64,000 nt of DNA, from contig OZ281500.1 in assembly GCA_965637545.1 (NCBI GenBank), positions 5,518,001 through 5,582,000 of the forward strand, given 5' to 3'. The notes beneath the pieces are model-generated. The model was not told the origin of the DNA and ran no database searches. It saw nothing but the letters and a program-made list of their open reading frames with translations. Source of the stretch: Phallusia mammillata (lineage: Eukaryota). How positions within the stretch are numbered: position 1 is the first letter of the stretch; each line of letters opens with the position of its first letter. The position numbers and the translations under genes were made by a program. This document shows positions 51,206 to 60,600 of the stretch, one piece after another.

Positions 51206-54200
51206 ATGTTTGAGTTGCTTGGTTACCCTGCATCAATTGTCGAGCTTGCTAACTTACGAGGCTGGCTTCAGTTTGGTGTAATGAAGTTTCTTGGCGTTCC
51301 GTATGCCGAGCCACCAGTGGGACCTCTCAGATTTGAGAAACCTGTTCCTCATCCAGGGTGGCCAGGAATTCGAAATGCTACAAGTACAGGATCACAATGT
51401 CCTCAATTTTCTCCTGGTAAATTTGTTTGTTTAAAGAAAAAAGTATACCTTGTAATCCATTAAATGCCTCTCGGAAAATGTGTGTAAAAGTGGTAACAGC
51501 TGATTTTCGTCGGAACAAGGCAAAACAAATGGTGTTAAAGTTTAAAAGGAGCAAAAATGTGAGAGGCCCTGATAAGATTTTGCACACAGCCTTTCTCGTA
51601 AACCCTGGTACAGCCAACGAAGATTGCCTCCTTCTTGATATTTATGTTCCTGAACGACTTACTGATGACCCAACTACTTTTCCAGTCCTTGTCTACTTTC
51701 ATGGTGGAGCCTTGGTCTTTGGTTCAAGTGGGTTTTGACATTTTAGATTATATTGCAATCTTCCTTTGTGTTAATTCGCTTTTCCCTTCCAGAGGAATCC
51801 AGCGAGGGAAGCGTACTTGCCAAACAAGGAAGGATGATTGTCGTTGAAGCCAACTACAGATTAGGGCTGCTGGGTTTTATGGCGTCGGGTGATCAACGTT
51901 TAACAGGTGTGTTGCGTTAAATTGTATTCGCAAAGTCAACATCGTGAATAAAAAAGTACATATTTTAATTTAGGCAATCTCGGTCTTTACGATCAGAAGA
52001 TGGCAATCCAATGGGTAAAAGACAACATTGAAAAATATGGAGGAGATTCAAACTCTATCACTATTTCTGGTTTTGCTGCAGGAGGTCTTACAGTCATTGC
52101 CCAAGTAACTACTATAACCTTTTCCCATTCAGAGCAGAAATTAGAGCCTTTGTTTGCAGTTGCTGAGTCCACAAAACAATGCCAGTCTTTTTCAACGAGG
52201 AATTGCTTTGAGTCCTTCACCCAGACTAACTGAACCGATGGCTCGAAATTTGAATGACTTAAGACAAACAGAGCGGACAACATTTAATACCATACTTTGT
52301 AAGTAGTTGTGGATTGTGCACAGGTTTTTTGTGGGACTTTTCTTTTGCAACCAAAAGTTTGATCACATGGAACAGAGCATTACTGTTTTTTCCTTATTTG
52401 TTGCTAAAGGCCTGACAATTTTATTAGAAATGTAGACGTTACTGAAGGTTTAAAAATGAAACATATATATTTTAGCGTCATCCGGATGTGACAATTCTAC
52501 CGACATGATCACGTGTCTAAAAGCTCTTCCAACTGCAACTTTTGTGCAATTTTTGGCTGCTACCTCGCTGGCCAATCTTTTTAACACTTGACATCAGTTT
52601 TGGTGATGAATTTCTTCCAGGACTGCCTAAAGACGTTGAATCGTTAGCAGCCTCAAAGGACCAGTAAGAAAATTTTATGTTGATGAATAAAAAAAAAGGT
52701 TAAAACTAATCATGATGAAAAACTAAAGTACTGCTAAAGACCCAGCACGATTTTGACTTTAACAGGCACATAAAATTGTCTGTTCTATTTCGGATTTGGG
52801 TATAATAGGGTTATCGAATTGTTCTTTAGGTACAAGCTTATTTTGGGTCAAACGCAACAAGAAGGTGCTGCAAGTGTTGCTTTTACGACAACAGATCAAG
52901 ATCTTGTTGAGATAATGAATTTAGTCCTGGATTTCGCTGGTGAAAATAACACATCGCCACAAGCAAAGACAGTGCTGGAACATATTTACACGTGCGTACG
53001 GTTTTGTGGTTGTGCATTTCCAAACTAGCAATATGTTGTTTTCTTCGTATTTGCTGGAAAACTGTAGCCTACAACCACTTAAAAAATAATTTTGTATTTT
53101 AGAAACTTTATCGAAACCGATTCGGAGATAAAGCGACAGAGAGAACTGGCTCATTTCTTCAACGACTGGATTTACTTCGTTCCTGGAGCACAATTTGCAT
53201 CATTGGCAACTCGACAGAATGTTCCGACGTAAGTAAGCGAACAAAACTCAAAGTGACAAAATTTTGATACGTTTAAAAAGCTTGTTGTTAATTGTTATAG
53301 TATAAATAAACCTTAAATATGTAAGAGTAACATTTTGGTACGAATTTTTTACAAATAGGTTTTGGTGTTAAAGTTTTGGACATCTGCATTGCGCTGTTTA
53401 TGATTGCGATGTAAAGACTTCTTTCAAAGTTCTGTATTGTAAATTAAACTATTTTAACTTTACTCGACAAAATAACAACTTTAAATTTACTGAAAAGTAA
53501 GTCACACAACCTTATCTTTCAGATACTTCTTTCGTTTCACGGGACCGATTGGAAACAGCACATTTTCTCGAAATTCCCAATTCTTACGACCTGACACAAT
53601 GCACATTGACATGGCCGTATACCTGTTTGGACTTCCGCTTATACTAAACTTCTCTGCAAGCGATGCCACCAGAAGCCAAAATTTTATTGATTTGATGGCA
53701 AACTTTGTTCACAACGGGTAGAGCAACTAATTAGGCTTGTAGTTCGATTTAGTACACATCCGCACGTGTTACTGTTTTTCTTTCTTTAGTGCAAATATAG
53801 TTTTTGTTGAGTACAGATATATTTAACAGATAGATATTTGGTGTAAAATAATAAAAACAACACCAGTTGAGGTCTAAATTAACTGTTCCAAACTTTTGAA
53901 CAAAGTTCCTAATAATTTTTGCGAAAATCTAAAACAAATGATTTCAACTAAAATTTGATTTTTTTGTGATAGAGACCCTAACGTTGGAACCATCTTTGAT
54001 GAGAAATGGTCTGTCTATGACCCAATTCAGAAAAATACTTTCCAAATCTCCGAAGAACTTAACACGGAGTTTGGTGTGTATGCGAGAGCAGAGGATTTGT
54101 GGGCAAATGTGTTTGATGATCTTAATACTGACACATGCTCATCAACAACAATTGCACCTTGTCCGATGGCTACAACAAGTAGAAGTGCCTCTTTCATGGC

Positions 54201-54252
54201 CAGTTGGTTGATCGTCATTTTTTGGTTGATTGCGTGCCAGTTTCTGGCCTAA
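51206..54252 (+). CDS. Type-B carboxylesterase/cholinesterase-like protein with nucleophile Ser->Ala and GPI-signal-like tail; +1 frameshift as sequenced (pseudogene or assembly error)
   Basis: Exons ?-51416, 51590-51727, 51793-51906, 51974-52104, 52160-52298, 52476-52663 (one base too long), 52830-52991, 53103-53228, 53523-53717, 53973-54252. Motifs [72 protein letters not shown]-x-D...YLFG, NFV..GDPN. The 5' end is unresolved; candidate signal-peptide exons are 50433-50467 and 50523-50593. Confidence 0.82.
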
Positions 54253-54744
54253 AAGAAAATCATCGAGCTGTTTTGCTGATGCGTCCATGTTTATCTTTTA
54301 TTTGCTAGTAAATGGTTTGCACACAAGGAAAGCCGACAACAAGTTTCTCATCTTGCATTTTCTTAACGACGTTGTATAAATATTGTATAATAGTATACTT
54401 TTCGGAACGCTGCGTTATCGAACTTGTATGTGGCTATCACGTGTTAATTTAATGTAAGCGGCCCCCTGTGAAAAACGTTTTGTGATCTAAACATACTTTA
54501 CTTACGAAAGTAGTAGGCTGTCTATAATCAGGCCAACTCCATAATTTATGTGCATTTATTTTTTCGGCGACTGAATACATCTGATGCGTGAACGGGCGTA
54601 ACTAGCAAAAATATGCAAATGAGATGCAACAGCTAACAATAGATGCATGCAGATGAAAACGGATGTGAAAGAGGGATAACTACACATATGTGTCTTGGTG
54701 GACACATGTTGTATGGAATGCGAGTATATGAGCTTTTATGTAAA

Positions 54745-56016
54745 TTAGGGACCCGAGGGAGAGGGACAGCTATCAGTTTCCGCCCTTCCTGAAGCGTGGT
54801 GGGTCATGCTAGTGTATTTAACCACATTCATCTCAGAAATAGTGCAGCAAATCTTGCCTGATGTTCCAGGGAGATGAACCTGAAAAAACATGATTTTCTA
54901 TCACAAATGTTCACAATAACGCCAAACAGTTATCTTCTGTAAGAAACGCAAATAAAAATACCAATTTGTATTCCTGTCTTTGAGATAAATACTAGTTTCT
55001 TGATCCAAATACACTGACAACGACGTTGTACTCACCACCACAGTCTTGCCCATTATTGAGTGTGGGTCTGTAAGGGAGAGGCCGTCAATTTGGCGATTTT
55101 CTACAAAAATGTTGCAATGAGAGTTGGACGTGATTTCTCCAAGGTTGCCCTCTACGCTGTAAAACAACTCCGTAGTGAACAAAAGTAACTCATCGAAATA
55201 TTTATTATGTAGGCTTATAGTTTTGTGTAAACGCATTTCCGATACTGTGGACATAAATTGCTCTGCTATTTAATACAATGCAGCATTTTAAAAGCTTGCT
55301 AGTGTTTAGTGATTGCGTTCTCTAAATTGGGGTTCTATTGTCGAGATAAAAAATAAAATGTCAATGTGAAAAGTCGACTAACCCAGGTCCGGGAATATTA
55401 ACTTTTTTTCCAACTCCGCCACAATTTTCATTTGGTTTCTTTTTGTGGATGTGAACGTTGCTTGCCCGGTTAGCCTTTACCCCAGTTACGAAAATTTGGG
55501 CAGATAAATGGTTGTTCTGTGCACAAAACAAAATCCATTTAGGTGTAATCATCGAACACACAGGCATAGTAGTTTAACATAATACAAAACAACGTATCGA
55601 TATGAAATTCGAAATCAAAGACACAGGTATGTGCTATGTATTTAGGCGCACACACTATATGCATAAAAACAGTGATACCTCCTCTTTGAAACAAACATGA
55701 CCACTAGGACCAGATTCGTGACCATCAGCAGATCTTCCTAGCCCGCAGTGAGCGTACTTGACGCCACTAACCTGACCTGCAAAGCAAAACAAGCTTGAAA
55801 ACAAGCAATGGTTTGGCTTAGACAGTAAACCTTAAATAGTAAAATCAGATTTATATAAGTCTATCAAAACGAAGAAACATCAATTATAGGCTACACAACA
55901 ATTCTGATTTACGTATTATTATAAACATAAAATATTTGTAAGCCTAAAACAGAAAATGCTAACTTACCGACAGTAAATGCAGTTAAAAGCACGAAGATAA
56001 ATGCAACAGTCTTCAT
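54745..56016 (-). CDS. Secreted Cu/Zn-superoxide-dismutase-fold protein lacking Zn ligands and electrostatic loop, 178 aa
   Basis: Exons (-) 56016-55968, 55776-55679, 55516-55383, 55156-55036, 54879-54745, all GT-AG with phases 1/0/2/0 (537 nt). Protein: MKTVAFIFVLLTAFTVG QVSGVKYAHCGLGRSADGHESGPSGHVCFKEENNHLSAQIFVTGVKANRASNVHIHKKKPNENCGGVGKKVNIPGPGVEGNLGEITSNSHCNIFVENRQIDGLSLTDPHSIMGKTVVVHLPGTSGKICCTISEMN...GP*. SOD motifs H-x-H, C-x-x-x-G, G-x-LG, SL...SI-x-GK-x-VVVH and C-x-TI are present in order. Confidence 0.85.
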
Positions 56017-57039
56017 TTTTCTAGTTTCAAACTTAACTTTTTGAAACGAATCAACTTAACTGAGCTCCTATCTCGCGAAAAAAAGTTTTTAAATACGTAT
56101 ATCCAAGTAAAATCTATGTTAATAGGTCGTCTTTGTTGACACAGGTAGGAGCTTTTTGCGGTTAATCTTCACAGTTCCCTACTTGTATTAATTAATCTAT
56201 TTGCAAAACAAATGCTCTAAGCTGTATCACTTTGCAGAAAAACAAACAATACAAATGCCGACAAACTTTAACATTTTAACTTAAACTGGTCTGGCAGGCC
56301 GGCTTGTTGCTAGTCGCAACTTGCAAATACCTTGTTGTTTCAGGTTGCGTGCAAGGATCGGTGTATATGTTGAGCACGGTAGGGCAATCAAACTCTCAAT
56401 AATGTAGTGCATAACCTTAAACAGGAAGCTGATCAACTTCCGACAAGACCAAAGGTTGGTTACCACGGCAACAACGAGTTATTACGGTTCCTAAATTGTT
56501 GATTGGCACCTTTTTGACATTTTCGTGCAACATGCAAAGCATTTTTTGCAACATGCATTTCAGAGCTTGCATTTTTTTCGATCATTGCAACAGATTTTGC
56601 ATACCTAGCTTGAGATACCTCTAGCAATCCAAAAACGATTGTGTGTAAATCTGGGAACGTAACTATTAGTGTTTGCGACATTATAAAACATTGTTAAGAG
56701 CGAAGATCCGAAGATAAAAATGCGCGGAATTCAATATCACCATAGAGATCACCAATTTACACTGTGGTGTGTTACTTTAAATTGCGCCAAAAGTCGCACG
56801 CAAACAGTTCTCATAATAGCCAACGAAATAAATCGGGGCTCACCCTTTCGCTAATAGGTTCTCACCAAACAACGAACTTAGTACACATTTCCAGGTCTTT
56901 GTTGCATATATTTCAGCTATCTTCGCTCTCCGTAGTGGCATATATCCATAAAATATGCTGTTTTAAAAAAGGGGAAGCACCTTGAAAATCTATTGTGATC
57001 ACTTTTTATTCTAAATAGGGAAATCTACCTGGTTAGAAG

Positions 57040-57297
57040 CCAGTCTGCAGAACATGGCAGTTCCCGACGAGATCTCGTGCGTGCAGGACCTATATATGTC
57101 CCGCGTGCGCGCGTGCACGACCCGTAAATTCGCGTGCAAGACCAATTTTAGCAGGCGCAAAGCAAGCGATAGAGTTTAACACAGGACAATTAATGCTTTT
57201 GGTGCAAAATTTCCGCGTGCAACGCCGAAAATTCGGCGTGCCAAATTTTTTTTCCAAAACAAAATCGCGCGTGCAGCTGCCATACTCTGCAGACTGG
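57040..57297. mobile_element. TIR MITE (element H, 258 bp) with 8-bp TSD, hAT- or P-like
   Basis: TIRs CCAGTCTGCAGA-AC-ATGGCAG / CTGCCAT-AC-TCTGCAGACTGG. Perfect TSD GTTAGAAG at 57032-57039 and 57298-57305. Internal CGTGCA repeats. Confidence 0.88.
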
Positions 57298-57610
57298 GTT
57301 AGAAGTTAAACAAACGATCGTATGTTATTTAAAGTTTCGCACAATAAAGTTAATCTTAACTGTGACGTCACAAAATGTTTAATGTTTTTGCCTGGTCATG
57401 CCTGCAGCGATTCGATCCAAACAAGATACATTTAACAACACCGAGTATGGTTTGAGTGGACTTTGGGTATTGCCGTCTGCTGACTCAATGCAACTTGTGC
57501 AAAATTACAGGAGTTATTAGTTTGTAAATCACAGACCACCACCAGTAATCAATGAGGTGACTTTGTTGGACAGCTTGGCGAATTTAGAAACGAGATAAAA
57601 CGTTGAAAAC

Positions 57611-60600
57611 ATGCAAAAAGATTTAGACACAGACGTTCTTATCACCAACGAGATAAATGATGATGTAAGAGATAAGTATTTGTTATGACATAAATTAACT
57701 GTTTTTGCAATGAACACCAAGTTATCAAAAAAGGTCTGACATGATTTTATCAGTAAAATGTTTCCATCCAAATTACCTATCCAGTTATGTTAATCAATAA
57801 CAACAAAAGATTTCCTATTAAAAATACAAATAATAAGGTTGACTAAAACTTTTTTGTGTTAGGATAATACTTCTGAAAGCAACACACCAGTTTACAGACT
57901 GTATTGGTATCGATGGTACGTTATTCTGCTGTTTTCCTTTTTTGCTGCTGTCCAGACTGGAATTGCTAACACATGGGGTCCTATAAGTGTATCTGCAAAA
58001 GCTGCTCTGAACTTTACTGACTGTAAGAAACTATCTGTTTGTGAACACTTACTTACTATTGTAACACATTCCTTTCGTAGATTTGTCATGTGTTTAAGGT
58101 TTTTTTATATATATTTTCAGGTGATATTGAACTCTTTACAAGCTTACCAGCTGGTGTGTTATTGATTTGCACTCCATTCTTTATTTTCTATTTGGACAAG
58201 TGGGGATTGAGACTTCAATTTATTGCCGCCTCTCTATCTGTTTGTGTGGGGGCAGGTTTAAGATGCATTCCAGCTGATTACCTCACAACCAAAATGTATG
58301 TATAATACTAAATGACTGTGATCTGTACCACAATGTAGTGTCTTTACATCTTGCTGTGCTAACCCAAAATTTTACACAGTAGTATATTTTATAAACATGT
58401 TTTTGTACAAATATATGTTATACAATGTACTGGAAATATCATTTCCTTAGAATCGCCCAAATTGCCCAGTGCTTTGCGGGAATGGCATCATGTTTTGTAT
58501 TGTCAGTTCCCCCAATGCTTTCTAATGTTTGGTTCCCTCCAGGCCAAAGAATATCAGCTACGTCCTTTATGGTTTTATTTGGAAATGTTGGTATGCCTTT
58601 ATGTAACTATGTTGATAAACATAAAATTGGATCTTTTGACAAATAGATTACATAACTTAAAAGATGCTCCTTCTAATTTGCCTGTAGGTGCCGTTTTTAG
58701 CTTCTTTGTGGAGCCAAAAATGGTCACTGCCCCCACCAACTCTAGTCCTCACAACATATCACATCCATTACAAAATTCAAACATGACTGGAAACATTACT
58801 AATATTCCTGAAATGAGGTAATTGTATTTGAAATATGATTTACTTTTAAACAACAACTAAGTTTGATTGCAGTTTGAAAAGCTTTCAAAATACTTTTTGT
58901 TAACTTATTTTTTGTTTTAGAAAAGAGATCCACAATCTTTTGTACATGTATTGTGGAATGGCAGTTGCAATTTTTTTGTGTGTCCTAGCTTTTTTCCCCA
59001 ATAAACCTCCATTGCCACCAAGCCCTTCTGCTAAAGCTAGTCGCTTAGGTTTGAAGGTAAATTTTCAAAAAAGTCAGTGTTCAATTTCTAAAGGAGTGTT
59101 GATCACATTTGGCTTGTTTTGTGCATTTTAGGACTCCATCAAACATTTAGCAAAAGTGCGAGCATTCTGGGCAGTCAGTTTAACGCAAGCCTGTGTTATT
59201 GCTGCATATTATTCCTGGAGTGGGGTGTTTGCAGACCTGTACAGCTATTTCAATGTGCCACAAGTACTGTTTGCATGCTTTTATGTTTGGCACATATAGG
59301 CACCATGAATTTCTGTTATACATCTTTTTCTAGGCAGTATCAGGCAATATTGCAGCTATGATGAATGTTGCCGGGGTAACCATTGGGTTTTTGGTGGGTT
59401 GGTAAGTGCGACTTTGATATTAACCTACATGCAGTTTTGTTATTAAAAATTCTTTAGATTTATCCCAGTTTACAACTTTAAAATATTGTTTTACTTTTCA
59501 TTAGGTGTTCTGACCATATGAAAAAACGTTTAAAGGTCATAATTTCCCTTTTGCTTATTTTAATACTATTGGCATATGCCTATCTGGTAATCGCAACCAT
59601 GAAATGGATTGATTGGCCACCGTTCCATTTTACTACTGGTAAGTGAGCAGCATTTTATAAACATGCTTTTTGACTTGTGGTTACATAGTTGGTAAAGGTA
59701 ATGTTTGGAACAGTTGGGGATGGAAGTCCTGCCACAGTCTTGCACCATAAATGACCAATTGTCTTCACTTACAGTTTTTTTTTAGAACTATACATGTCTT
59801 TTTAGTGACACTTTGGGTTTGCTGTATTATAATCGGAATTGGAGTAAACTCTGTGCTACCACTAATCACTGAGATTTCTGTTGATCTTGCATACCCAGTC
59901 AGTGAAGGAACCACTAATGCAATTTTGATGTGGTTTGCAATGGTTGCACAAATTACCTTTGTGACTGTCTTATCCAGCCTTAATGGTGAGTCAGAATTGA
60001 AACAATTAGATGCTAAACACTTGTAAGAGTTTAAACAAATTTTGCTTGGTACCACATAATATAGGCCAGTGCTCTTCAACCTTTTTAGTGGCACGGAACC
60101 CTTGAAGTATTTTGTCAAATTTTGCGGATAATAAGCATGTAATACAATAGGCTCAATCATAGGCGCCGACATTTAATTTTTTCCGGGTATGCCGTATTAT
60201 ATGACGTCATATAATGCCAAATATATTTTCTGCGGATGCATATGGTAAGAATAAATTAAAGTTGCAGTATATAAGCTTTACACAACGTACTTCCACCGCC
60301 AGGCCCTTTTGCTACTGTTTCAATTTAACGACCCATTTGCCTAAATTACGGGGAGGCAAAACAATAAAGATAGAAAAGATTTAGTTCGACTGTCACCTAA
60401 CATACTTTGCCCTGCGTCGCAAATTACTTTAATGTTTAACATTTATCTTCTCTGTAATAACTATAACAAAAATGCTTGTTTTCACGCAACAAAGCGCACA
60501 CACTTCTGGCCTAGCAATAACAACAATCCTTTTTGTTCGTTTTAACGTCGCTTGTTTCGTTTACAACGTGTCGCATATTTAACGCAGTGAGTTGTATGTG

